Source: Verrucomicrobiia bacterium (GTDB taxonomy: Bacteria > Patescibacteriota > Saccharimonadia > Saccharimonadales > JAGQNK01). Taken from it: a stretch of DNA of 64,000 nucleotides. This document shows, piece after piece, positions 18,573 to 27,751 of the stretch. The translations under genes were made by a program, and so were the position numbers. Below the pieces are notes generated by a model that ran no database searches, had not been told where the DNA came from, and was given only the letters and a program-made list of their open reading frames with translations. The DNA lies in the NCBI GenBank assembly GCA_035489575.1, contig DATHJY010000003.1, forward strand, positions 53,800 through 117,799, written 5' to 3'. Numbering within the stretch: the first letter of the stretch is position 1; the number at the start of each line of letters is the position of its first letter.

Positions 18573-19751
18573 GTGACAGATACCACCAGCACGCCGGTCG
18601 TGCTCTCGCCCCGAGGCGGCATTCCGCCCCAGATCGAGAACATCGGCTGGACGCTCGGCAATGCGTGTCCCTACCGGTGCCCGCACTGCTACTCCACCAT
18701 CGTCCGTACCGCCAGTCTGAACATGACGACGGCTCACGTCGATCGTGTGGTCAGTGAGCTGGCGAGCATCGGCGTCCGTACCGTCAATCTGGGTGGCAAC
18801 GAGCCGCTCTACACCAGCGGTCCGAACGCCAAGGACACGGTGCTGCCGCACATCATCAAGTCGCTGTATGGCGCCGGCATCGTCGTGGGTCTCACCACGG
18901 CCGGCATCACCATGCAGTACATGTACAAGCATCACCGTGACGCGGTGGAGTTGCTCAACGACTGCGACATCAGCCTCGACAGCCCGTTCCCGGAGGAGCA
19001 CAACCGCAACCGCGGTGCCGCTCTCTACCCTCGGGCGCTTGATGCGATCCGCATCTGTCGCGAGCTCGGCATCGACCGCACTATCGTCATGTGCGGCATG
19101 AACTGGAACCTGTCGGAGAGTCACCTCAAGGCGCTCGTCCAAGCGGCGCGCGAGCAGGAGACCTTCATTAGGATCAACTTCATGAAGCCGACCGAATCGC
19201 AGCACATGGATCTAGTGCCAAGCCCGGCGGATTTCTACGCCGCGTGTGAGTACCTGTTCCGTCACTGCGACATCATCGAAATGGGCGAACCACTTGGTTC
19301 GGCTATATCCGGTGCGAAGTCCCGTGGCTGCCCTTGTGGCACGAAGTCGTTCCGGATCCACTCGATGACCGCCGACGGCAAGCTGCCGGTCAGCCCGTGC
19401 GTCTACGCCCACCAGTACAAGGTGGGAGACCTCCTGACTGACAGCCTCTACGACATCGTGCGCACCCCGGAGTTCCAGGCGTTCCGCCAGCGGCGACACG
19501 ACCCGGATTCCATCGCGGAATGCCATGGCTGTGAGTACGTCGAGGAGTGCCGGGGCGGCTGCGCCGCGCGTGCCTACCTGTGGCGGGAGTTCACGGAAGG
19601 TGGCGGTTCGATCGTGACCGATCGTGACCCCTACTGCCTCAAGGACTTCGGAGACTCCGGTCTCACGCCGCCGGCCAACATGGTCATGCAGGACAAGGTG
19701 CTCGTTCACCGCGACTACCTCTGCACGGTCATCGGGAAGCCGAAGGACTAA
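18573..19751 (+). CDS. radical SAM / SPASM-domain protein (peptide- or cofactor-modifying maturase-like)
   Basis: N-terminal CPYRCPHCY (CxxxCxxC); C-terminal Cys-rich SPASM region CHGCEYVEECRGGCAARAY plus CPCG...SPC; GTG start 18573 with gaggag SD; 21-nt gap after the upstream rSAM. Confidence 0.75.
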   Translation: MTDTTSTPVVLSPRGGIPPQIENIGWTLGNACPYRCPHCYSTIVRTASLNMTTAHVDRVVSELASIGVRTVNLGGNEPLYTSGPNAKDTVLPHIIKSLYGAGIVVGLTTAGITMQYMYKHHRDAVELLNDCDISLDSPFPEEHNRNRGAALYPRALDAIRICRELGIDRTIVMCGMNWNLSESHLKALVQAAREQETFIRINFMKPTESQHMDLVPSPADFYAACEYLFRHCDIIEMGEPLGSAISGAKSRGCPCGTKSFRIHSMTADGKLPVSPCVYAHQYKVGDLLTDSLYDIVRTPEFQAFRQRRHDPDSIAECHGCEYVEECRGGCAARAYLWREFTEGGGSIVTDRDPYCLKDFGDSGLTPPANMVMQDKVLVHRDYLCTVIGKPKD

Positions 19752-19839
19752 CCCCAACCCATCACTGTAGGGGCCGAGAAAGCCTCAAGCCGACTCGGCC
19801 CCTACCTCAACCTTTTATTCTCTGCTACCATATCTCCTT

Positions 19840-20202
19840 ATGACACATTCTCATCATCTCGCCCAAGCCTTGGGCTTTATAGGCAAAAAAGTAACCGTCG
19901 AGGTGGACCGGCCATTGTATTCGGAGCATCCCAAGCACGGCTTTGTGTATGAACTAAATTATGGCTTTGTACCCGGGACCGAATCTGGCGACGGGGAAGA
20001 ACTAGACGTGTATATTATGGGGATCGATAAACCAGTCGAGGCATTTGAAGGTACGTGCGTGGCCGTGGTCCACCGTACCAACGACAACGATGACAAGCTT
20101 GTTGTGGTACCCAATGGCGCTGGTGTGCCGAGTGACGCGGATATCCGAGCAGCAACGCACTTTCAGGAACAATTCTTCCAGTCGAAAATCTTTTTTACCT
20201 GA
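19840..20202 (+). CDS. inorganic pyrophosphatase-like protein (short)
   Basis: HPKHGFVYELNYGFVPGTESGDGEELDVYIMG resembles the PPase YPxNYGFIPxT..DGDPLDV core; only 120 aa. Confidence 0.45.
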   Translation: MTHSHHLAQALGFIGKKVTVEVDRPLYSEHPKHGFVYELNYGFVPGTESGDGEELDVYIMGIDKPVEAFEGTCVAVVHRTNDNDDKLVVVPNGAGVPSDADIRAATHFQEQFFQSKIFFT

Positions 20203-20548
20203 CAATTAGAACGATATTCGTCAGGATCACCCAACAAATCGAAAAAACAGAAGTTCATAACTGAGCATAGTGCTGGTAATTTCCCCCAGTACTTCATGCT
20301 GGTGCCTGAAGCATTGTCACCGGAAGAGCTCCGACCTTATATCTATGCAAGATCCTTGCGTACACAATCTCAATTAACGAACATGTTGACGAACGATTGA
20401 CTAAGCTTGGATAGCAAACAGCCTGATACAGGTTGAGGGGGTACTGGCAAAGTTCATAATTTTGCCCTGATAGTTCCACTGTGTCCAAATCAGCACCCCT
20501 CGCTAGGGGTTTGCGTATCTAAACGAGAAGTTTTACTATATCTCCACT

Positions 20549-21217
20549 GTGATAACTGTTAATCAGCCTTTTTATAGCCTTGAGCCATTAACCACTTACC
20601 TTGGGGCGTTAGAGCAAGTCACCGAGCATCCGACTGAAGCTAGTATTGCGGAGCTTGATGTTGCCGATAAGGCACTTACCGATCGAGCGGTGCTTTTCCC
20701 GAAGCAGCAGTATGTCCATCAAGAGGGGTACCGTACGTTCGGTTTCAAGCCCTGTACGATATCAGATGGCGTAGAAGCACTTGCTCGTTTAGCATTACAC
20801 GAGCCGGGCAGCTCGGGCTACTCTGAGGAATATGGTCGAGTGTTTCCTTCGGGAGCGAGCCCTAATAGTGATACTGCAACTGAAGAGAACCGTCGCAGTC
20901 AGGCCAGAGGAGCTCTGATTACGCTCGGAGGTAAACTTGCTGTCTCAGGAGCTTTTATTGAACATGAGATAGAGCCAGCGTATACGGCTATCAGTGAATC
21001 CCTCGGTGCTATTGGCAAAAGTGATGAAGATTTTAAGAAATTTGGGCTACATAGAATAAGCCACCATTTGTTCAAAGAGTGTGTTTATATGCGACAAAGT
21101 GGCACATATCAAAACCCCATCGGTAACAAAGAGGCAAGGAAAAATATAGACATTGCCTGGGGTGTCGTTGGTCGCCCATACGGTGTATTCACGAAACTTA
21201 TTGCAGCAGTATCATAA
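20549..21217 (+). CDS. hypothetical protein
   Basis: 222-aa ORF, no motif recognised. Confidence 0.4.
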   Translation: MITVNQPFYSLEPLTTYLGALEQVTEHPTEASIAELDVADKALTDRAVLFPKQQYVHQEGYRTFGFKPCTISDGVEALARLALHEPGSSGYSEEYGRVFPSGASPNSDTATEENRRSQARGALITLGGKLAVSGAFIEHEIEPAYTAISESLGAIGKSDEDFKKFGLHRISHHLFKECVYMRQSGTYQNPIGNKEARKNIDIAWGVVGRPYGVFTKLIAAVS

Positions 21218-21285
21218 ATCTATAAAGCCCGGTTGCCTTTACGTCGAGAGGCAGCCAAAAACATGAAACCTCTGTCGCGGGATGG

Positions 21286-21311
21286 CAGAGGTAAGTTGCC
21301 TCTGTTTTTTG
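21286..21311 (+). terminator. intrinsic terminator hairpin, near-identical copy of 13184-13209
   Basis: cagagg-taagttg-cctctg + T6. Confidence 0.5.
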
Positions 21312-21324
21312 TTATAGTAAGCAC

Positions 21325-22317
21325 ATGAATACAAAACCAACCGTTACCTTACTTATGACACCAGGGCTGGAGGATACTCTCTTTAATAAGCAGGCAAGAG
21401 CTGACCTGGAAGAACACTGTACGGTAGTTGACTGGTCTCCTGCTCAAGGTCAACCCTATACGGACAGCGATATTTTGCTGGCAAGCTGGGGCTGTCCAAA
21501 GTTCGATGCAGAGTTCTTGGAGGCTATGCCTAGTCTTGGGATGGTTGCTTACGCCGCTGGCACTGTGAAGAAGATTGTTTCCGATGAGTTCTGGAATCGT
21601 GATATAAAGATCACCTCCGCAGCAGCGGCGAACGCAGTTGCAGTCGCTGAATATACCGTAGCGGCGATGGTGATCATGGCAAAAAATATGCGACATGGCT
21701 CAGAACAGTATAAAAATGATGATAAAGAAAAGTTTCTCACACTCCGTGATATGCCGAGAGGTTTCAACGGTCTGAATATTGGCTTGGTGGGTGCTTCACA
21801 TGTTGGTCGAGAAGTCATCAGGTTACTCAAGTCATACAACGTCAAGATTGCCGTTTACGACCCATACCTAGCTAACGAAGAAGCTGATGCATTAGGCGTT
21901 ACGAAAATGGAGCTTAACGAACTAATGACTTGGTCTGATGTCGTCAGTGTTCATGCTCCAAAGCTACCTGAAACCCACCATCTCATTGGTCGGGAACAGC
22001 TGCTACTTATGCAGGGTGGCAGCTTCTTTATAAACACCGCTCGGGGCACAATCGTGGACTATGATGCCCTGGCCGAGATAACGCCCCAGAAAAATATTGA
22101 AGTAGTTTTGGACGTAACAGATCCTGATGAACCATTGATTGAAGACAGCCCCCTCCGAAAACTATCCAATGTCATGATTACGCCACATATTGCAGGGTCT
22201 CGTGGCAATGAACAGCAGCTAATGGGAACGCTGGCTGTTGAGGAAATTATTCGATATGTAACATCTCAGTCGCTCAAGCATGGTGTATTGCAGAGCGAAT
22301 TAAGCCACATTGGTTAG
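21325..22317 (+). CDS. D-isomer-specific 2-hydroxyacid dehydrogenase family (NAD-binding)
   Basis: GLVGASHVGREV (GxGxxG), catalytic-domain layout, FINTARGTIVD. Confidence 0.75.
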   Translation: MNTKPTVTLLMTPGLEDTLFNKQARADLEEHCTVVDWSPAQGQPYTDSDILLASWGCPKFDAEFLEAMPSLGMVAYAAGTVKKIVSDEFWNRDIKITSAAAANAVAVAEYTVAAMVIMAKNMRHGSEQYKNDDKEKFLTLRDMPRGFNGLNIGLVGASHVGREVIRLLKSYNVKIAVYDPYLANEEADALGVTKMELNELMTWSDVVSVHAPKLPETHHLIGREQLLLMQGGSFFINTARGTIVDYDALAEITPQKNIEVVLDVTDPDEPLIEDSPLRKLSNVMITPHIAGSRGNEQQLMGTLAVEEIIRYVTSQSLKHGVLQSELSHIG

Positions 22318-22331
22318 CTGCAGGGCAGCGC

Positions 22332-22859
22332 TCAAATTTTGCTGGCAATAATCTTTTTGAGCTCTTGGCTTCTTTGTTGTCGATCCATGCCTAGTGCCCA
22401 TTTCCAGGCTTTTTCATAGTATTCGGCATCTGCTAGTTCACGCTCCATGGCCGAATTTGCAAATGATTCATCCTTCAAGTCGCACCATGCGTCATAAAGA
22501 AAAAGATAAATGCGGCAGTGCTCGGCATACTTTGCGTCTTTGCGGTCGGAGTCTACCCCCACCCCGTTACCCCCTAGTAGCCGATGGGATAGCTCGTGTG
22601 AGAGCACTGCCAACTTCTCGTTATCTGTTCGATAGTCAGAGCCTACCCTCATGGGTTTGCCGGTCATGCCCGAGTTATTTACTGACCCCGCTACTACTAC
22701 GGCTGTGATTTCGGGCTGCTGGAAGCTCAGGCCCGTAAGCTCCTCTAGCTTGGCTTGGACATGGCTGCCATGTGCTTGCCAGCACTTTTGGTAGCCGTAC
22801 AAGGCAAGCGTGAGCTCAAATACATTTTCATCCTCAGGAGTGAACTCAAGTTTTAACAT
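22332..22859 (-). CDS. hypothetical protein with HExxH-like motif
   Basis: 175 aa; SHELSHRLLGG; putative metallopeptidase-like. Confidence 0.4.
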   Translation of the reverse strand: MLKLEFTPEDENVFELTLALYGYQKCWQAHGSHVQAKLEELTGLSFQQPEITAVVVAGSVNNSGMTGKPMRVGSDYRTDNEKLAVLSHELSHRLLGGNGVGVDSDRKDAKYAEHCRIYLFLYDAWCDLKDESFANSAMERELADAEYYEKAWKWALGMDRQQRSQELKKIIASKI

Positions 22860-22943
22860 AACAACCTATTCTATAATTTTAGTTCCGATTACGTCTACGC
22901 CACTTTCATCCGACCTCAAAACTGCTTCTGGTATACTCCTGGG

Positions 22944-23378
22944 ATGATGTATGAGATAGCCCAAGGTGTCGTGTTCCGGCGACACGAAACAGGAATTGAT
23001 TTTTTGGTGCTCAAACGTGCTCCTGAAGACGGAGGATTTTGGCAAGCAATTACCGGTACTATCGAGGACGGCGAGCTTGCTCTAGAAACGTTGGAGCGAG
23101 AGCTTATGGAAGAGGCTGGCATAAGCGAAGCTATACATATAAGTGACATGCTTGAAGAATACTTTTGGGAAATACCAGAACAGAACATGAAAGGCAAGGA
23201 CCACGTATATGCGGTTGAGGTAGCGGTAGATATGGAAGTGGTACTTGACCCTACGGAACATACCGAGTTCCGCTGGCTCCCACTTGCCGATGCCCTGGAG
23301 CTGCTTAGGTACGACGGCAACAAAAAGACTATGCAGCTCGTTTCAGACTATGCAGCCAGACGAGCGATGATGCCATGA
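22944..23378 (+). CDS. NUDIX hydrolase
   Basis: Nudix box GGFWQAITGTIEDGELALETLERELMEEAGI. Confidence 0.7.
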   Translation: MMYEIAQGVVFRRHETGIDFLVLKRAPEDGGFWQAITGTIEDGELALETLERELMEEAGISEAIHISDMLEEYFWEIPEQNMKGKDHVYAVEVAVDMEVVLDPTEHTEFRWLPLADALELLRYDGNKKTMQLVSDYAARRAMMP

Positions 23379-23872
23379 AGAAGATTTTGGTTACGGGCAA
23401 CGCTGGCTCGGGTAAGTCGACGCTGGGCAAAAGCTTGGCGGCATTTTCGGGCTTGCCCTATTTCGGGATGGACCAAATTGTCTGGAAGGAGAACTGGCAA
23501 AGGGCGTCAAAGGAAGAGGAGCAGAAAAAGGTTGCCGAGCTTGTCGCTCGGGAGGCTTGGATTATCGACGGTGTCTCGTACGAGGTAATGGCAGCAGCGG
23601 ACACGATAGTCTTTCTGGACATGCCTAGAAGCGTTTGCTTTTGGCGAGCGGCCAAGCGCAATCGAAAGTATTTGTTTGCGTCTCGTCCAGGGCTGCCGGC
23701 TAGTTGCCCTGAAATTCTTATTGTCCCCAAGCTCATTAAAATTATTTGGCGATTCCCTAAAAGAGTACGGCCAAATATTTTGGCAGAAAAAGACAGAAGA
23801 GGTACTGACTTTATCCATATCCGATCAGACAGGGATTTAAAGAAATATTTAGCCCAAAACAGCAAAGAATAG
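23375..23872 (+). CDS. P-loop NTPase, adenylate-kinase/topology-modulation-protein-like
   Basis: Walker A TGNAGSGKSTLGK; WIIDGVSYEV motif; 4-nt overlap with the NUDIX stop. Confidence 0.6.
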   Translation: MKKILVTGNAGSGKSTLGKSLAAFSGLPYFGMDQIVWKENWQRASKEEEQKKVAELVAREAWIIDGVSYEVMAAADTIVFLDMPRSVCFWRAAKRNRKYLFASRPGLPASCPEILIVPKLIKIIWRFPKRVRPNILAEKDRRGTDFIHIRSDRDLKKYLAQNSKE

Positions 23873-24115
23873 GTGTGTTTGCGGGTTGTCGAGCGGCAAT
23901 GATAGTTTCAGCAGACTTTTAATATGTCTTTCACAATTGTTGCGGCTGTTCGGTGCAGACTCTACAATGAAATTGCTTATGCGATTCAAATCAAAGACAA
24001 CCAAGGGTTACACCGTCTACGCCGTGAGTGGGGTCAACTCTATCTCGTTCGCAGTTGACGCCGCCATGGCAGCCAGCCCAAAAACTTGGACAGGAGCTCT
24101 CAGCCAATTGAAATC

Positions 24116-25543
24116 ATGGTGCAGACTGAGCCCCTGTATAGCCCGGATGACCAGCATGACGTATTTTTTAACCGCGGCGTAGCCAGCAGCCAGGCCTTTG
24201 CCCGGCAATTCAGTAATGAGACGCCGGATAAAATAGAAGACCCAGGCAAAAAGAAGGCGGTCCTGAACTGGTTGGCCCGTGACCTCAAGCGGGCATTTGT
24301 TGCCTTCATAGAGCAAGCCCAAAAGGGCGATACGGTGCTGGGCTGTTTTTATGAGTTCCGGTACGAAGAGATCGCAGTGGCGTTTAAAAAAGCTATCGAC
24401 CGAGGGGTGAAAGCTCGTATAATTATTGACGCCAAACCCAACAAGCTGGACTTTCCAAGGGCCGAGAACCTGGCGCTTATCAAGAAAGTCGGTATACCTA
24501 AAAAGCACATTATTTACCGCGAGGCCAATCCCAACAACATTCAACACAACAAGTTTATGGTGCTCTTAAGGGGATCGGAGCAGACTCCAGCTGCCGTGTG
24601 GACTGGCTCTACCAATGTGTCGGAGGGCGGATTGTTCGGCCAGACTAACGTGGGCCACTGGGTGCGCAACGAGAAAACTGCTCGCCAGTTTCGAGACTAT
24701 TGGCAGCTGCTGAGCACAGACCCGGGTGGGAAGGCCACGGATGATCGAGTACAGAAGATTGCCCACAACCGGGCCTTCAAGAAAGCTGTGGTTGCCTTGC
24801 AGAAAGACATTGCTGCGGATGACCTGGACGGCATTCAGACTGGTATTACTCCACTATTTAGCCCACGTACTACTGACGCCATGCTGAATACCTACGCTCA
24901 GTTGCTGGACAGCGCCAGCAGCTACGCCGGTATCACACTGGCCTTTGGGGTAAATGATGTCTTTAAGCAGCAGCTGGCCGACAACACCGCCAAAGATCAA
25001 CTAACCTTCATGCTACTAGAAAAACGTGACCAGCCACAGCCGGGCAGTACCAAAAAGTTTACCTCTCTGACGGCTGGCAACAATACTTACCAGGCGTTCG
25101 GGTCATACATAAAAGACCCGCTGTACCAATGGACCAAAGAGGTCAATACGCAGTTGCTGCAACTCAACCAGCACGTCCTGTACATTCATTCCAAGTTCAT
25201 GCTAATTGATCCACTCGGTGACGACCCGATTGTCGTCACTGGATCGGCCAACTTCAGTACTGCCTCGACCACCGCCAATGACGAAAACATGCTGATTATC
25301 AAGGGCAACAAAAGGGTGGCAGATATCTACTTTACCGAATTTAACCGTTTGTTTAATCACTACTATTTCCGCTCTGTCTATGAGACTCAGCAGGGCAAAA
25401 ACGATAAAGCGCCATCGTCTAAGCCGCCAGATCCAAACCAGAATAGCCTATTCCTGCTGCCCAACGACAACTGGCTTGCGAAATACAAAAAAGGTACGTT
25501 GCGAAACAAGCGTGTCCAGGTTTTTCGTAACGCGCAGGTGTAA
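24116..25543 (+). CDS. phospholipase D-family (HKD) protein
   Basis: two HKD motifs: HNKFMVLL...GSTNVSEGG and HSKFMLIDP...GSANFSTAS; start uncertain (TTG 24086/ATG 24116; possible upstream extension in another frame from 23962). Confidence 0.65.
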   Translation: MVQTEPLYSPDDQHDVFFNRGVASSQAFARQFSNETPDKIEDPGKKKAVLNWLARDLKRAFVAFIEQAQKGDTVLGCFYEFRYEEIAVAFKKAIDRGVKARIIIDAKPNKLDFPRAENLALIKKVGIPKKHIIYREANPNNIQHNKFMVLLRGSEQTPAAVWTGSTNVSEGGLFGQTNVGHWVRNEKTARQFRDYWQLLSTDPGGKATDDRVQKIAHNRAFKKAVVALQKDIAADDLDGIQTGITPLFSPRTTDAMLNTYAQLLDSASSYAGITLAFGVNDVFKQQLADNTAKDQLTFMLLEKRDQPQPGSTKKFTSLTAGNNTYQAFGSYIKDPLYQWTKEVNTQLLQLNQHVLYIHSKFMLIDPLGDDPIVVTGSANFSTASTTANDENMLIIKGNKRVADIYFTEFNRLFNHYYFRSVYETQQGKNDKAPSSKPPDPNQNSLFLLPNDNWLAKYKKGTLRNKRVQVFRNAQV

Positions 25544-25656
25544 CTAGGACATATCCACGGCACTGCTGCGGGCTGGGTGCGTACTTGAAAGAATATATAG
25601 AGAACTATTGAGCATCGCTTTAGTTGTGGTAGCGACTACGATATACTTTTTATCAC

Positions 25657-26592
25657 ATGGCAAGACGATCATTACTGCAAGCTGGTTTCTCTGTCGTTGA
25701 GCTACTCATTGGGTTGCTCATAATTGGCGCCATTGGTTTTGCGGGCTGGTTGTTCTTTGACCGCCAACAGCCAACACCTGCTACTACTCAGCCTGATACC
25801 GCGGCCCAATTAGGCGCTGAGGTCCTAGTGGATATTGGTAAAAGGGTAACTAGCAAGTACGACTACCTGGCGGCAGACTCTTCTTGGGTGGCACAAATGG
25901 GTTCTGGGGCTGCTCTGCAGCCAGATGGGTATAAGTTTCGGGTGAATAGTGAGTCTTTCCCCTCGCTACACATTAGCTACAAAGCTAACGCGGCGTCCGA
26001 TGCGCCTTTGCTGCCACAAACCTTGGACCCGGCTGTTCAGCTGGCCATGGAAAACGCCGGATACTATCGAGCCTCTGGCGAATACGATCTTGTAAGCACC
26101 CAGTCTACTTCGGACCTAAAATACAGCTCGTACTCCACTGACGAGTCCACGTGCTTATACATACAGGACACCCAAAGAGCTGCTACCATTAGCTGCTTTA
26201 CCAAAGACGAACTGAAGCAAGCCGCCGTGACCGCCAGCCCTTATATAACGAGCTACTTGGACGCTCAGCCTCACCTAGTTGCTAATCAGCTTACCTTTGG
26301 TCCTGTTACCATAAAGAGCCAAACCAAGTCGGGCGTTATTGGAGCAAGCGAGACGGCTGGATACGACATAGCCGAAGCAGTGATTGCAGTAGATGGCAGC
26401 AAAAAGTTGGTGTTGTACTACAGCCAGCAGGGCGGACCGTGGAAATACATCGCGCAGGCAGATGATGAGTATGGCTTTAGGTGCCAAGTCTTTATGGCAA
26501 ACGAGGACGTCCGGAAGGCTCTGCATGGTCAGGTGTGCTTGGGCGACACTGGACACGTGCGTCTGGATTCTACGCGTCGTGCGCTGCAGTAG
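25657..26592 (+). CDS. type IV pilin-like (prepilin N-terminal cleavage/methylation domain) protein
   Basis: N-terminus MARRSLLQAGFSVVELLIGLLIIGAIG = class III signal G-F-S-x-x-E plus a hydrophobic helix. Confidence 0.55.
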   Translation: MARRSLLQAGFSVVELLIGLLIIGAIGFAGWLFFDRQQPTPATTQPDTAAQLGAEVLVDIGKRVTSKYDYLAADSSWVAQMGSGAALQPDGYKFRVNSESFPSLHISYKANAASDAPLLPQTLDPAVQLAMENAGYYRASGEYDLVSTQSTSDLKYSSYSTDESTCLYIQDTQRAATISCFTKDELKQAAVTASPYITSYLDAQPHLVANQLTFGPVTIKSQTKSGVIGASETAGYDIAEAVIAVDGSKKLVLYYSQQGGPWKYIAQADDEYGFRCQVFMANEDVRKALHGQVCLGDTGHVRLDSTRRALQ

Positions 26593-26601
26593 GGACGTTC
26601 A

Positions 26602-27120
26602 GTGAAGGTTATATTTGTTGGTCACCCGGGCTCGGGCAAGACATATGCTGCGGACTTGTTAAGCAAAAAAGGGCATCTGAAGAAAATTGATATTGATAGT
26701 CTTTTTGATGAACATCCCTTGCATTTTTTCTTAAGAAATTCTTATAAAAAAGCTTTGCATGCGTTGCTAAAAAACGAAAACGAATGGGTTATTGATGGCT
26801 ATCATGGGCACCGGATGCCCGATAGTATTTGGACGGATTCAGATGTTATTGTGTTTTTAAATTTGCCAAAAGTTGAGCTAAAACAAAATGTATTTAACCG
26901 TTATAGAAATAAAAAGAGTGATAAAGATTTCTCGCACTGGCAGTCTACTTTTGTTAATGTACTGAAAAATCTAGGGCAGATTTATTTGCTAGACAAGCCG
27001 TTGGCCCGGAATGTCAGCAGAATAAGATCACTCACCCAAAACGATGGTAGGCTGGTGGAGCTAAGATCCAGACAGGATCTGGATGAGTTTATTGATACTT
27101 TGGTTCGCGAAAATAAGTGA
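26602..27120 (+). CDS. P-loop NTPase, adenylate-kinase/topology-modulation-like
   Basis: Walker A VGHPGSGKTYAADLL; WVIDGYHG. Confidence 0.55.
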   Translation: MKVIFVGHPGSGKTYAADLLSKKGHLKKIDIDSLFDEHPLHFFLRNSYKKALHALLKNENEWVIDGYHGHRMPDSIWTDSDVIVFLNLPKVELKQNVFNRYRNKKSDKDFSHWQSTFVNVLKNLGQIYLLDKPLARNVSRIRSLTQNDGRLVELRSRQDLDEFIDTLVRENK

Positions 27121-27167
27121 GCAGTATTGGAGCGGTGTGAGGTAGGGCGGGGGGCTGGCGCTTGTAC

Positions 27168-27207
27168 GGCCATCCGGAGTGACTTGATGCCGTTGCTCCG
27201 GATGGCC
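27168..27207. terminator. 12-bp hairpin between convergent genes
   Basis: ggccatccggag-N16-ctccggatggcc. Confidence 0.45.
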
Positions 27208-27214
27208 GTTTGCG

Positions 27215-27637
27215 CTACATGGTGAACTCGTTCCAGGACATGAGGTTGTACCTGATCATGCCGACGTAGGGGACGAGCTGGTTGTCGCTGTCGATCCAGG
27301 CCCGGACGTAGCGCGTCGCTCCGTCTTCTTGGACGAGGTTGATGAGCTCGTACTTGTAGCCGGCGGCAGCCAGATGGGCGGCGGCGGTGACGAGGTTCGC
27401 CAGGTTGTCGGGGTAGTAGAGAGAGATCTTCTGGCCGATCTCACTGGCTGCCTCTCGTTTCCGCTTGCTCAGAAACCACTGCTTCCTAAAGTCCCACAGG
27501 TGGTTGCGGGCTTCCTGCCCGAACCGCATGAGGAAGTCGAGGGAGCGGTAGAAGACATCCGTGTTGCGTGCGACGTCTTCGGGCACGGTGGCCAGGGTCG
27601 CTACCCGCGGGATCTCGGGTGGGGTCCAGGTGCTCAA
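27215..27637 (-). CDS. hypothetical protein (GC-rich)
   Basis: 140-aa ORF, GC-rich codon usage, no motif. Confidence 0.4.
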   Translation of the reverse strand: MSTWTPPEIPRVATLATVPEDVARNTDVFYRSLDFLMRFGQEARNHLWDFRKQWFLSKRKREAASEIGQKISLYYPDNLANLVTAAAHLAAAGYKYELINLVQEDGATRYVRAWIDSDNQLVPYVGMIRYNLMSWNEFTM

Positions 27638-27751
27638 GGTGACTCCAATACTGCCAAAGGACGAGACGGGAATATCTCTTGCAATATTATGCTGTTATAT
27701 GTGAATTACGTCAATAATCTTCCCTGGGAGCACTCTGTTATGATTTAGGGA

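Noticed and set aside
17557-19757. Long minus-strand ORFs (17557-18255, 18498-19205, 19212-19757) and plus-strand ORFs 17741-18089 antisense/out-of-frame to the radical SAM genes
   Set aside because: Arg/Pro/Ala-rich translations typical of spurious open frames in GC-rich DNA; the rSAM frames carry genuine motifs.
20205-20548. 340-nt gene-free gap with a 64-aa minus ORF (20294-20488) and a few short hairpins, considered for an sRNA or small protein
   Set aside because: No promoter/terminator pair or conserved-looking structure could be discerned by eye; the ORF has no SD or motif.
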